A stretch of DNA of 64,000 bases. Origin: an uncultured delta proteobacterium (GTDB lineage Bacteria; Desulfobacterota; Desulfobacteria; Desulfobacterales; B30-G6). The position numbers were made by a program, and so were the translations under genes. The stretch is taken from assembly GCA_963823335.1 (NCBI GenBank), contig CAWGLD010000001.1, forward strand, positions 1,536,001 through 1,600,000, read 5' to 3'. Shown in pieces: positions 28,874 through 38,752 of the stretch. Numbering within the stretch: position 1 is the first letter of the stretch; each line of letters opens with the position of its first letter. The notes under the pieces are model-generated. The model saw only the letters and a program-made list of their open reading frames with translations. It was not told the origin of the DNA and ran no database searches.

Positions 28874-30139
28874 TTACTTTTCCATCCATGGTGGAAGCTG
28901 AATGGTGCCCATGGCGATACTTTTTGGATATACCACCACGCGTTTGCCCGCCTGCCACTGCAGGATGCTGCCCACGGCACCTTCCTTGGGGTCGTTTGAC
29001 GGAATGACCTGATGATTTTTGGGGTCAAATCGAAGCCTTCCATAAACACCCATGACGTCCGTCTTTTCCAGTTCAACGACCACTTTATCGGAATCCAGGG
29101 TAGCTGCCCGCTCGATAGCATCTTTTAACACATATACGGCCATGTAGCTGCTGGAAGTACCCAGACCTTCGGGTTCAACACCCCATCTTGCCGTATACGC
29201 ATCATAGAATTTCATGGTCCACGGTGTGGCATTGGAAGGTGCATTGCCTGCGTTGACGACGTTGCACAGGGTATATTCACCTTTGCCGTCGGTGGCTTCC
29301 CAGAAACCTGGCTGCTCGGCAGCCGCCAGGGTGGATCCGAAAGGCAGCGCAGGAATCTTCATCTCATACCATTGCTTCAGAAGAATGGCACTTTCCGGCA
29401 TATCCATCCAGATGTTGATGATTTCCGTGTCCGTCTTTTTGGCTTTCAAAAGACCCATTGAAAAATCGGTGGCGCCGGTGGGATAGATTTCAAGACCGGT
29501 AACATTCCAGCCCTTTTTGGTGGCAATACTTTTGATGATTTCGGCGGCACCCCGGGCGTGGGAGACATCCTGGGCAATGATGAAGAGATTGTTGAAGCCG
29601 TATTTCTCTTTCAATTCGCCAAAATTAGCAAAGATTTCGCCCACCAGGTTCACGGCTTCACCATGAATTCGAAAACAGTACTTGAACTTGTCATATTGTT
29701 CACCGACCATGGCATGGTATTTGGGCGTCAGGGCACCGGTTGTGAGAATGGATACTTTTTTATATTTTGACAACAGTGACATGGCTGCCAGGGCCGCTTC
29801 GGATCTGACCGGACCGCCGATAAGAAAATCGGCTTTTTTGTCCAGAATCAATTTTTCGACCGCCAGAAGCGCTTCACTCACCGGAACACCGGGTTCGAGA
29901 TCCCGGGTATCGATCACCTCCACCTGGAAAGGGCGCATCTTCCCGTTGACATTCACCCCTCCCTTGGCATTGATTTCTTCAACAGCCAGTTTTACGCCTC
30001 TTTCCGCATCCCAACCGTAGAGAAACGCTGTTGAAAGCGGACAGCCGATGGTGATCGGATCTTCTGCCGATGCAGGTGTGCCGGACAAAACCAATAAAAG
30101 AACACCGAGCAATGCCAGCAGCATCTTTACGTTTTTCAT
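28874..30139 (-). CDS. HAAT-type ABC substrate-binding protein
   Basis: Sec signal (..ASA-ED); G..LAVEEINAKGG; type I periplasmic binding protein pattern; QWQ.GK..VVYP. Confidence 0.92.
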   Translation of the reverse strand: MKNVKMLLALLGVLLLVLSGTPASAEDPITIGCPLSTAFLYGWDAERGVKLAVEEINAKGGVNVNGKMRPFQVEVIDTRDLEPGVPVSEALLAVEKLILDKKADFLIGGPVRSEAALAAMSLLSKYKKVSILTTGALTPKYHAMVGEQYDKFKYCFRIHGEAVNLVGEIFANFGELKEKYGFNNLFIIAQDVSHARGAAEIIKSIATKKGWNVTGLEIYPTGATDFSMGLLKAKKTDTEIINIWMDMPESAILLKQWYEMKIPALPFGSTLAAAEQPGFWEATDGKGEYTLCNVVNAGNAPSNATPWTMKFYDAYTARWGVEPEGLGTSSSYMAVYVLKDAIERAATLDSDKVVVELEKTDVMGVYGRLRFDPKNHQVIPSNDPKEGAVGSILQWQAGKRVVVYPKSIAMGTIQLPPWMEK

Positions 30140-30344
30140 TTTTTTCCTCCTTCATTTTTTACCAACCGATTTTGAGTTAAACGCATTAGGTCGCAGGGTT
30201 TTGTTTCAACCCATGTTCTCTGATCTTTTGTCTGAGCTCTGAAATGGTATTCATAAGACATACGGAATTGCGATTCCTGCTGTTGATTGATCACGTGCCG
30301 ACAAAAAAGTAAAGGACATTTAGTCAATGAATTGCATTAATAAA

Positions 30345-30641
30345 TCAGGCAACATCCGGAGGGTCTGGATGTTCTTTTTTTGAGACGCACTCTTTTTCCT
30401 GGATATCGTCCTTGAGGAATTCGTAGAGGCTGCCGGTGTAGTTACACTGAATGGTCTCTTCGATTTTCTTGACAAGATAGGCCCTGGTTTCCGGTTCACC
30501 GTCCAGTTTGAGACGGAAGGCGATGATATGCTGAAGGTTCCGGTCTTGTTTGTCTTTTTCGGGAACCAGGAGCATGACTCTTTCCAGGATGGTGTGCAGG
30601 TCGTCGTCGCGGTCTTCGATGGTGATGATGTCTGCTGTCAT
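30345..30641 (-). CDS. Hypothetical protein (~98 aa)
   Basis: GGAGA RBS before ATG 30641; protein-like composition; no recognisable motif. Confidence 0.6.
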   Translation of the reverse strand: MTADIITIEDRDDDLHTILERVMLLVPEKDKQDRNLQHIIAFRLKLDGEPETRAYLVKKIEETIQCNYTGSLYEFLKDDIQEKECVSKKEHPDPPDVA

Positions 30642-30712
30642 TGTTTCTCCATGCAATAATATTTTCTACGATATGCCGGAGGCAGGGAGGGACTTCGTAG
30701 AAAATGTTTGGG

Positions 30713-31046
30713 TTAGAGGCTACCGGCCAACATGGCCGCTTCGCTGTCAGGCGCGATGGACATGGCTACTTTTCCAGACACATGATAGGCCGCATCCACG
30801 AGATCGAACGATTTGTCTTTTAAGAAGGCAATAATTGCATTTTCAGCTGTTTTACCATCGACTTCCCGGATTAAAACCATCATACGTGGTTTATGCATGG
30901 ATTCCAGAAGAAGTTTGAGCGCAGCCAGATCCGCTTCATTCGTAACCTTCCCTAAAAGCGTTATATGATTTTCTTATAGCACTGATTCTCTGGATTGATC
31001 AAGTGGCTCTTCCGAGAGAAAGGATTCCCCTGGCGGCAATTTTTTC
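30713..31046 (-). pseudogene. Remnant of an unknown gene, 5'-truncated with an internal TAA
   Basis: One frame reads KKLPPGESFLSEEPLDQSRESVL*ENHITLLGKVTNEADLAALKLLLESMHKPRM...; stop at 30974-30976. Confidence 0.45.
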
Positions 31047-31625
31047 GGACACGGCTTTTTTTTAAAAAAAATGGCCCGGAGAGGGTGGGCCGTGGAAGGT
31101 ATCGAAGTATCCGGGCCAGGACGGCAATATGCCAGAGAAACACTGGGTCTTTCCATCCATTCAAAGCGGTTGGAAGAGATGGACTTTCCAGAAGCATGTT
31201 TTGATGTGGTCACCTTGTTTTATGTCATCGAGCACGTTCATGATCCGGGGTTGATTTTAAAGGAAGTGTTTCGTATTCTCAAACCGGGTGGGATGGTTTT
31301 GCTTCGATGGCCGCACGCCACACCGGTGATAAAAATTCTGGGGCCGTTTGCAAAAAGGTTCGATATCTATCACACACCCTTTCACCTGTATGATTATAAT
31401 CCCCGGGCCATGCAGCGGCTTTTGGAGGTATCCGGTTTTACGGACGTTCGGAATATGATCGGTGGATTCACACTACCGGGGAAACGATTTTATCGCTGGT
31501 CCTCGGTGATCTTCGGAAAAATTGCCGAGGCTTTCTATTCATTTTCCGCCGGGAGACTTCTTCTGCCGGGTGTCAGCAAGACAACCATCGGGTTTAAAGA
31601 TGCAGAACACGATCTTGATCATTGA
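31047..31625 (+). pseudogene. 5'-truncated class I SAM-dependent methyltransferase
   Basis: GHGFFL...GW.VEGIE.S, FDVVTLFYVIEHVHDP, LKPGG, PFHLY; the LDVGC part of motif I is missing and an in-frame TGA lies just upstream. Confidence 0.7.
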
Positions 31626-32298
31626 AGATGATGCCAACACCGCAGCATTGATAACCCTTTACTGCGAGCGTGAAGGGTTTCGCGCGCTCAGGGCAGTCGA
31701 TGGAATGTCCGGTCTGGACAAGGCCGGCAAGGAACGGCCGGACCTCGTTATCCTGGACCTGATGCTGCCTGAAATGGATGGCTGGGAGGTGTGCCGGCGG
31801 ATCCGCCAGACTTCCGATGTTCCCATTATCATGCTCACCGCCCGGGGAGATGAAATCGACCGGGTGTCCGGGCTTTCATTGGGCGCCGACGACTACGTTG
31901 TCAAACCGTTCAGCCCCAGGGAGCTTGTTGAGCGGGTCAAGGCTGTCCTGAGGCGGGTCCAGCGCCCGCTTCAAGAGGAATCGCACCTTTTGTCTCATGC
32001 AACCCTCCGGCTCGATTTGAAAAAACGCCGGGTCAGCGTGAGGGGCCTGTCCGTGGATCTCACCCCCCATGAATACCGGCTGCTGGAGACGCTCATGACC
32101 TCTCCAGGCCGGATCTACACGCGCGATGAACTCCTGGACCGGCTCTATCCCATGGGCGAGGCTATGGTTATCGATCGCGTGGTGGATGTTCACATTGGGA
32201 AACTTCGTCAGAAAATTGAACCAAACCCACCGGATCCGCAATACATCTTAACCGTTCGGGGTGTCGGTTATCGATTTGCCGATCGCGTGACAACGTGA
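31600..32298 (+). CDS. OmpR/PhoB-family response regulator
   Basis: LIIEDD, LDLMLP, MLTARG, GADDYVVKPF, VDVHIGKLRQK, TVRGVGY. Confidence 0.95.
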   Translation: MQNTILIIEDDANTAALITLYCEREGFRALRAVDGMSGLDKAGKERPDLVILDLMLPEMDGWEVCRRIRQTSDVPIIMLTARGDEIDRVSGLSLGADDYVVKPFSPRELVERVKAVLRRVQRPLQEESHLLSHATLRLDLKKRRVSVRGLSVDLTPHEYRLLETLMTSPGRIYTRDELLDRLYPMGEAMVIDRVVDVHIGKLRQKIEPNPPDPQYILTVRGVGYRFADRVTT

Positions 32299-33392
32299 AG
32301 CGATATTTGATCCTCAAGCTTCTGGCCATCAATCTGGTGGTGATCGGTTTTGTCATGATTCTTGTCTGGGTGGCCATCGACACCCTGGCGGCCGGATATT
32401 TCGTGACGCTCATGGAGAAATACAATATTTCTCCAAAGCCGGCCCATGCCATGTTCGTGGATGCTGTTCACCGATACCTTTTGTGGGCGTCCCTGGCAGC
32501 GGTGATCCTGTCCGTCATTTTGAGTTATCTGATGATGCGCAGGGTCCTGGCTCCCCTGACCCAGATGAATGCGATTACCCGGGAAATTGCCGCCGGCAAC
32601 TTTGCCCTCAGGGTGCCCGCTGACACGGAGGATGAAGTCGGCCAGCTGGCCCGGGCTTTCAACCGCATGTCAGAAAGTCTGAAAAAGATTGAAAACCTGC
32701 GGCGCAACCTCATGATCGATGTGGCCCATGAGCTGAGAACGCCGCTTACAAATATCCGGGGCTATCTGGAAGCGCTGAACGACGGGGTTCTGCCACCATC
32801 CTCCAAAACCTTTTCCATGCTGCAGGATGAAACATTGCGCATTGTCCAGCTTGTTGAAGATGTTCTTCAGCTGGCCAAAGCAGACGCCGCCCATGATAAT
32901 TTGAGATTCGAAAACGTGGATGTGGGTGAGATGATCCGTGATATAGGCCATGCATACCACCACGTATTCGATGAAAGAGGTATTCATGTCCAGATGGACA
33001 TGCCTTCCGAGCCTGTGGTGGTGTCGGCAGACCGAAACCGTCTTGTGCGTGTTTTTCGCAACCTGGCTGACAATGTCGCCCGGTACACACCCCATGAGGG
33101 GAATGTCATGGTTCGCGTCGAGCCCGGTCCTGAGACGATCCGGATCTGTTACCAAAACCCTGCCGAAGGTTTGACCGCCAGTGACCTGCCGTATCTTTTC
33201 GAGCGGTTTTATCGCGGCGAAAAATCCCGCTCCCGACAGCATGGTGGTGCCGGGATCGGGCTTGCCATTGTCAAAGAACTGATCGAAGCTCACCAGGGCA
33301 CAGTCGATGCCGAACTCCAGGAAGACCACCTTTATATTTGCGTCGAACTGCCCCGCAAATCTCATCAAAAGGATGGGCGTCCCGCAGTATAA
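32295..33392 (+). CDS. HAMP-domain sensor histidine kinase (BaeS-like)
   Basis: Two TM helices, DEVGQLARAFN.M, HELRTPL, FERFYR, GAGIGLAIV. Confidence 0.95.
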   Translation: MKRYLILKLLAINLVVIGFVMILVWVAIDTLAAGYFVTLMEKYNISPKPAHAMFVDAVHRYLLWASLAAVILSVILSYLMMRRVLAPLTQMNAITREIAAGNFALRVPADTEDEVGQLARAFNRMSESLKKIENLRRNLMIDVAHELRTPLTNIRGYLEALNDGVLPPSSKTFSMLQDETLRIVQLVEDVLQLAKADAAHDNLRFENVDVGEMIRDIGHAYHHVFDERGIHVQMDMPSEPVVVSADRNRLVRVFRNLADNVARYTPHEGNVMVRVEPGPETIRICYQNPAEGLTASDLPYLFERFYRGEKSRSRQHGGAGIGLAIVKELIEAHQGTVDAELQEDHLYICVELPRKSHQKDGRPAV

Positions 33393-33411
33393 AATCGTTT
33401 CAACGATTTTA

Positions 33412-33449
33412 TTTACCAAATCTTTACATTTCCGTTACCTTTCCTTTAC
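33412..33449 (+). promoter_or_regulatory. Four tandem [T/G]TTAC boxes at 11-bp period; putative OmpR-family operator upstream of msrAB
   Basis: TTTAC 33412, TTTAC 33423, GTTAC 33434, TTTAC 33445. Confidence 0.65.
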
Positions 33450-33729
33450 AACGCTGTCTTACCTTAAATCTCAGTAGCGATTGCCGATCTTAGCGCATCT
33501 ACGGTGTCAGATGCCATACCGCATAGTGCACTATAGCGGAACGGCATCTTCCTTGTAGCTGCTGCAACCTCGACAATCGCTCGATTGAGGTTATATAGCC
33601 GCTGTTTGACGTTATTTGCCGGAGCAGTTTCAGAGCGCTATAACCCCCCGGTTGATCGTTTCACATTTTGAGCGGTCTTGACATCAGCTATAGCCTGACA
33701 CAGCTTATGTAAAAGAAGGAGGAAACATC

Positions 33730-34887
33730 ATGAAAACATTACACCTTGCAATGATTGTCGCCGTAAGCATATTTGCTTTTTCCACTCCGATCATCAGCAT
33801 GGACAATGACATGCAAAAAAAAATGACGGGTGCGTCCGATTCCATGAATTCGGCAGTATTTGCCGGGGGTTGTTTCTGGTGCACGGAATCCGATTTTGAA
33901 AAGATCGAAGGGGTCATGGATGCAATCTCAGGATATACGGGCGGAAGCATGGAAAACCCAACCTACAAACAGGTCTCATCGGGAAGTACCCGTCATGTGG
34001 AAGCCGTGAAGGTGCTGTATGATCCGCAGAGAGTGACCTATGCAAAGCTGCTGGAAGTATTCTGGACCCATGTGAATCCCACCGATGCCGGCGGACAGTT
34101 TGTGGACCGTGGCAGTCAGTATGTCAGCGCCATCTTTTATGCCGACGAGACAGAGCGGCGTTTGGCGGAAAATTCAAAACAAAAACTCATGCAGACCGGT
34201 GTGTTCGCGGCACCCATCGTCACGAAAATTCTGCCTTTGGGTCCGTTTTATACAGCCGAAGACTACCACCAGAATTATTACAAAAAGAACCCCCTGCGGT
34301 ATAAATGGTATCGGTCGGGATCCGGCAGGGATACATTTTTAAAGGAAACATGGACGGAGGCAAGCTTTCATTTTGACGCTACCATGGAAAACGCCTCCAT
34401 GGGCTCAATGGATTCAAAAGGCATGACACCCGAGGCCATGCTGCCCGTGGTGTATACCATTCCCGACGAAGAAGAGATTCAGCGCCGGTTGACACCCCTG
34501 CAATATCGGGTGACGCGTAAGAACGGCACCGAGCCCCCTTTTCAAAATACCTACTGGAATAATCATGACGCGGGCATTTATGTGGACATCGTTTCAGGCG
34601 AGCCTCTTTTCAGTTCCCTGGACAAATACGAATCGAAAACCGGCTGGCCCAGTTTTGTCCGGCCCCTGGCAGCGGAGAATATTGTAGAGGAGGTTGACCG
34701 CAGTTTTTTCATGGTCAGAACAGAGGTGCGCAGCAAACATGCGGACTCGCACCTGGGGCATCTTTTTGACGATGGCCCCCAGCCGACGGGTCTGCGCTAT
34801 TGCATTAATTCGGCTGCCCTTCGGTTTATTTCCGTGGTTGACATGGAAAGGGAGGGGTATGGGGCTTATCTCAATCAGTTTAAATAG
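33730..34887 (+). CDS. msrAB: Exported bifunctional methionine sulfoxide reductase MsrA-MsrB
   Basis: Signal peptide; MsrA FAGGCFWC and AEDYHQNY; Msr[28 protein letters not shown]. Confidence 0.95.
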   Translation: MKTLHLAMIVAVSIFAFSTPIISMDNDMQKKMTGASDSMNSAVFAGGCFWCTESDFEKIEGVMDAISGYTGGSMENPTYKQVSSGSTRHVEAVKVLYDPQRVTYAKLLEVFWTHVNPTDAGGQFVDRGSQYVSAIFYADETERRLAENSKQKLMQTGVFAAPIVTKILPLGPFYTAEDYHQNYYKKNPLRYKWYRSGSGRDTFLKETWTEASFHFDATMENASMGSMDSKGMTPEAMLPVVYTIPDEEEIQRRLTPLQYRVTRKNGTEPPFQNTYWNNHDAGIYVDIVSGEPLFSSLDKYESKTGWPSFVRPLAAENIVEEVDRSFFMVRTEVRSKHADSHLGHLFDDGPQPTGLRYCINSAALRFISVVDMEREGYGAYLNQFK

Positions 34888-34985
34888 AAATTGGCTGTGT
34901 GATGGCGGGCTATACCACTCAGCCACACTCTTATCTTGACGATCTTACAAATATTCCATACATCATGTTTATGGTTAACACTAAG

Positions 34986-36503
34986 ATGTCAAAAAGCATC
35001 ACTGATCTATATCAACCCGTCATCCAGCTTACCAAAGGGATTATTCTCATCCTTGACCAAGATGGGACGATCATCAGTTTTAATGATTTTTTGGTCTCAA
35101 CCACCGGGTATTCATATTCAGAGCTCACCCATAAAAATTGGTTTGATCTGCTCCTGCTGGAAAAGGAAAAGGACGCTGCAAAACGATACTTTCGGCGCTT
35201 TCTTCTTGGAGGCAAGTCGGCGGAAAAAATTGTCACCAGGATAATTACCCGTTCAGGCAGCGAGCTCTTTGTCGAATGGCTCCACAAGCGACTTGAGGAT
35301 GAATCCACTGGAGATGTCATCGGGTTGCTGGCAGTCGGTCAGGATGTATCGGAGCGCGTCATACAAGAAAAGCAGCTCTTGAATGAAAGAAATCAACTGA
35401 TCGAAAGAAACAAAGAGCTTACCTGTCTCTATAGCATGACAAAGATTGTGGAACAAAATCAACCTCTCCCCCATATGCTGGAATCCATTGCCGCTATAAT
35501 TCCTCCGGCATTTCAATACCCGGCGATCACTACGGCAATTATCCGACTGGACCAGCACTCCTATGGTGGTAGGGAAACGGCAATAGATGGTCCTGCTCTA
35601 ACCGAAAGCCTTGTTATCCAGAAGATTCCCCGGGGAAACATCGAGGTGCGTTGTGTACCTCCCATAAATGACCACACAGCGAGCAAGAATCCCTTTCTTG
35701 ATGAAGAACATGCTCTTCTAAGAACCATCGCTCACCATCTTGCACTGGCCGTCGAGAAAAAGGAATCAGTCGATCATAAAGCAGAGATCGAAAACCAGCT
35801 GCGGCATTCAGATCGACTGGCAAAAATCGGTCAGCTGACTGCTGGTGTGGCTCACGAGCTGAATGAGCCCCTTGGAAATATCCTTGGTTTTGCCCAGCTA
35901 TCGTCAAAGATCACAGGCCTTCCAGGTCAAGTTTCAGGTGATCTTAAAAATATCGTAAGGGCGGCATTGCATGCCAGGGAAATTATTAAAAAGCTGATGT
36001 TTTTCAGTCGTCAGACCCCGCCACGGGAAACCCTTGTGAACCTGAATCGTCTGATTGAAGACGGTATGTATCTGTTTGAATCACGATGTGCTAAAAATGG
36101 AATAACGGTGACAAAAAAACTCTGCCGGGATTTGCCGGCCATCAAAGCCGATTTCTCCCAGCTGCAACAGGTATTTACCAACCTGGTTGTCAATGCGCTT
36201 CAGGCCATGCTCCAAGAGGGTCGTCTGAATATTGAGACCTCGTTTGATGAGACCCACGTTTACCTGTTGGTAAAGGACTCCGGTATCGGTATGACACAAG
36301 AGACGTTAAAACAAATATTTGTGCCATTTTTTACAACCAAGGATATCAATCAGGGAACCGGTCTGGGGCTGTCTGTGGTTCACGGCATTGTTAAGTCTCA
36401 TGAGGGCAGTATTGACGTGCAGAGCCGCATCGACCAAGGTACCAGTTTCAGAATCAAATTTCCGCTGATGCGTTTGACCAAGGGGAAAAAAAATGAAGCA
36501 TAA
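34986..36503 (+). CDS. Cytoplasmic PAS-domain histidine kinase (NtrB-like)
   Basis: PAS domain, ER.KEL.CLY, GVAHELNEPL, QVFTNLVVNA, PFFTTK...GTGLGL; start uncertain (34899-34986). Confidence 0.92.
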   Translation: MSKSITDLYQPVIQLTKGIILILDQDGTIISFNDFLVSTTGYSYSELTHKNWFDLLLLEKEKDAAKRYFRRFLLGGKSAEKIVTRIITRSGSELFVEWLHKRLEDESTGDVIGLLAVGQDVSERVIQEKQLLNERNQLIERNKELTCLYSMTKIVEQNQPLPHMLESIAAIIPPAFQYPAITTAIIRLDQHSYGGRETAIDGPALTESLVIQKIPRGNIEVRCVPPINDHTASKNPFLDEEHALLRTIAHHLALAVEKKESVDHKAEIENQLRHSDRLAKIGQLTAGVAHELNEPLGNILGFAQLSSKITGLPGQVSGDLKNIVRAALHAREIIKKLMFFSRQTPPRETLVNLNRLIEDGMYLFESRCAKNGITVTKKLCRDLPAIKADFSQLQQVFTNLVVNALQAMLQEGRLNIETSFDETHVYLLVKDSGIGMTQETLKQIFVPFFTTKDINQGTGLGLSVVHGIVKSHEGSIDVQSRIDQGTSFRIKFPLMRLTKGKKNEA

Positions 36504-37851
36504 AAATGAGAAACATGCCGGATCCAAGATTCTGGTTGTCGATGATTCAGTGTTCACCTTGGAGGTTGTCCAAAGAAATCTCGAGGCGGGCGGCTATGAA
36601 GTCTTCACCGCAGCAGGTGTGGAACCGGCGATTACCTTCCTGGAGCAAAATGTGGTGGATCTGGTCATCACCGACATAAAAATGCCTAAAATCAGCGGCT
36701 TGGAGTTGCTTAAATATGTGAAAGAGAATGTAAAAGGAACGGAAATAATGATCATCACCGGCTACCCGTCCATTCAAGGCGCGGTGGAAGCGGTTAAAGA
36801 TGGTGCTGAAAATTATCTGGTGAAACCTTTTACGGATGAAGAGTTATTATCGGCTGTTTCCAAGATGCTCGAAAAGCTGGCAAACCGTCGTGCTATTGAA
36901 ACGAAACCAATGTTTGGCAGTCACCACATTATTGGAAATTCCCCGGGTATGCAGCACGTATACCGGCTCATTGAAAAAGCCGGCCAAACGAAGGTTAACG
37001 TGTTAATCACCGGAGAAAGTGGTACGGGGAAGGAATTGGTGGCACGTGCTATCCATTACAGCAGTAAATCTGTTTCCGGACCTTTCGTGACCATCAACTG
37101 TACAGCCATTCCGGATACCCTCCTTGAAAGTGAGCTCTTCGGTCATGTCAAAGGCGCCTTTACCGGTGCGCAAGCTTCCCGGGCCGGCTTTTTCCAGATT
37201 GCTGACGGGGGGACACTTTTTCTAGATGAAATCGGGGATGCCAGTCTGAATATGCAGGGGAAATTACTGCGGGCTATTCAGAACAAGGAAATTTTCATGG
37301 TGGGGTCCAGCCGTGTTCAAAAAGTTGACACACGAATCCTGGCGGCTACCAATATGGATCTTAACCATCTCGTCCAAAAGGGTCTCTTCCGGGAAGATCT
37401 TTATTTTCGACTGAACATTATTGAAATTTCAATACCGCCTCTCTGCGAACGTGGTGATGACATTCTGCCACTGGTTCAGCTGTTTATGGAAAAACTTTCC
37501 AAAGATATGAATCGCCCGGCGCCCCGTCTCTCTGACAAGGTTCTTCAGATTTTTAAAAATTACCGCTGGCAGGGCAATGTCCGGGAGCTTGAAAATCTGG
37601 TTCAACGACTGGTGGTGCTGGCCGAGACCGATGTAATTGATGTTGTGGATTTGCCCGAACAGATGCGCTTCAACATCAAAAAAGGCAAGGGTCTCAACCG
37701 GACCTTGATGGAAGTTGAGGCGGAATATATTTTAAATGTGCTTAAAAGTGTGAAAAACAATAAAACCCGGGCAGCCGAGATCCTGGGAATCGACCGAAAA
37801 ACGCTGCGGGCAAAAATTCAGAAAACGAACCTGTCAGGCAATATCGAGTAA
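36493..37851 (+). CDS. Sigma54-dependent response regulator (NtrC family)
   Basis: Receiver domain, GESGTGKE, ESELFGH.KGAFTGA, FLDEIG, GNVREL, C-terminal Fis-type HTH. Confidence 0.96.
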   Translation: MKHKNEKHAGSKILVVDDSVFTLEVVQRNLEAGGYEVFTAAGVEPAITFLEQNVVDLVITDIKMPKISGLELLKYVKENVKGTEIMIITGYPSIQGAVEAVKDGAENYLVKPFTDEELLSAVSKMLEKLANRRAIETKPMFGSHHIIGNSPGMQHVYRLIEKAGQTKVNVLITGESGTGKELVARAIHYSSKSVSGPFVTINCTAIPDTLLESELFGHVKGAFTGAQASRAGFFQIADGGTLFLDEIGDASLNMQGKLLRAIQNKEIFMVGSSRVQKVDTRILAATNMDLNHLVQKGLFREDLYFRLNIIEISIPPLCERGDDILPLVQLFMEKLSKDMNRPAPRLSDKVLQIFKNYRWQGNVRELENLVQRLVVLAETDVIDVVDLPEQMRFNIKKGKGLNRTLMEVEAEYILNVLKSVKNNKTRAAEILGIDRKTLRAKIQKTNLSGNIE

Positions 37852-38177
37852 TTTTATCCCACCGGGGTATTCTTCCCCGGTTTTCTGCCTTCCTCATTGA
37901 CGCTTTCCAACGGCGTGTCAGCTCCATTTCACCTCCGTTACTAAAATATATCTATAGCCGTTGCCGTTATCATACGTATGTTCCGTTTGGCTTTTAGCTG
38001 ACGCTTCGGCGGGTGACGGCAAACAGCCGGTCGCCTGCCTGAAGCAAATTAGGGGTCGTTAGAAAGACCAGAGGGCTGGATTGAATTTATAGTAATCAAG
38101 GGCAGGTAAGCCTATAAACGCATCTTGATATTTTGGCACTGGTGTTTCTTGCGAACGCTTATTTGCAAGTTCGAGCG

Positions 38178-38234
38178 GTTGTTTGACGTTATTTGCCGAA
38201 GCAGTTTCGGAACGTTATTCTGACAAAGAGTATA
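38178..38234. repeat. Fragment related to the TA-flanked MITE family
   Basis: Ends in TCGGAACGTTATTCTGACAAAGAGTATA, resembling the TIR of 17580/61580; its internal 31 bp recur at 33601-33631. Confidence 0.55.
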
Positions 38235-38299
38235 ATTGGAGTTTAAGGTATTTCTTTTTAGTACTTAACGTATCGTCGTTTTCCAACCTTCTCTTAATT

Positions 38300-38316
38300 C
38301 TGGCATGCGGATTGCT
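38300..38316 (+). promoter_or_regulatory. Sigma54 (-24/-12) promoter
   Basis: CTGGCATGCGGATTGCT, with GG-N10-GC spacing, downstream of an NtrC-type activator gene. Confidence 0.8.
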
Positions 38317-38379
38317 CTATCAACGTGCAGCAATCACGCATTTTTTTTAAAACAAACCTAAAAATAAAGGAGAAAACAA

Positions 38380-38691
38380 ATGCAAACCCAATCTCAACCT
38401 ACGAGGATTTGTCAATCCTGTATTTATGAATCTGAATGTGGTCACTGCCAACTCAGCCAAAACACGGGCAAACCAATTTGGTTTTGTGAAGATTTTGACA
38501 GTGGAATTTTTCTGCAGTCGGTTGTAAACCAGAAGATTAATTCCCATGAACGGTCGACCCCATCTTCCAACCCCGGTACTGAGCTGATTTCAGGAAGGAT
38601 GACAGGCTTGTGTATCAGCTGTGCCGACCGAGTTTCATGTATGTTCCCGATCATAGAGGGGGGCGTTTGGCATTGTGAAGAATACTGTTAG
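38380..38691 (+). CDS. Small Cys-rich protein with a duplicated CxxC-x5/6-C...WxCE[DE][FY] motif
   Basis: AAGGAG RBS; ICQSC..C..IWFCEDF and GLCISC..C..VWHCEEY. Confidence 0.8.
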   Translation: MQTQSQPTRICQSCIYESECGHCQLSQNTGKPIWFCEDFDSGIFLQSVVNQKINSHERSTPSSNPGTELISGRMTGLCISCADRVSCMFPIIEGGVWHCEEYC

Positions 38692-38752
38692 AAGCCATCT
38701 AAAAAAAACTTTTTTGAGATAGCTTCTGGATGCAGACAAACAATAGGAGAAT

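Noticed and set aside
30974-30998. Selenocysteine or other stop-codon readthrough at the broken genes near 31 kb
   Set aside because: The minus-strand stop is TAA, the plus-strand TGA is not at a catalytic Cys position, and no SECIS-like hairpin is evident.
38004-38085. Possible c-di-GMP-I (GEMM) riboswitch (GGCAAAC...GAAGCAAA...GGGGTC)
   Set aside because: No GNRA tetraloop stem. The segment pairs better as one long hairpin with upstream sequence, and it lies upstream of the sigma54 promoter. An Infernal scan with the c-di-GMP-I model would settle it.
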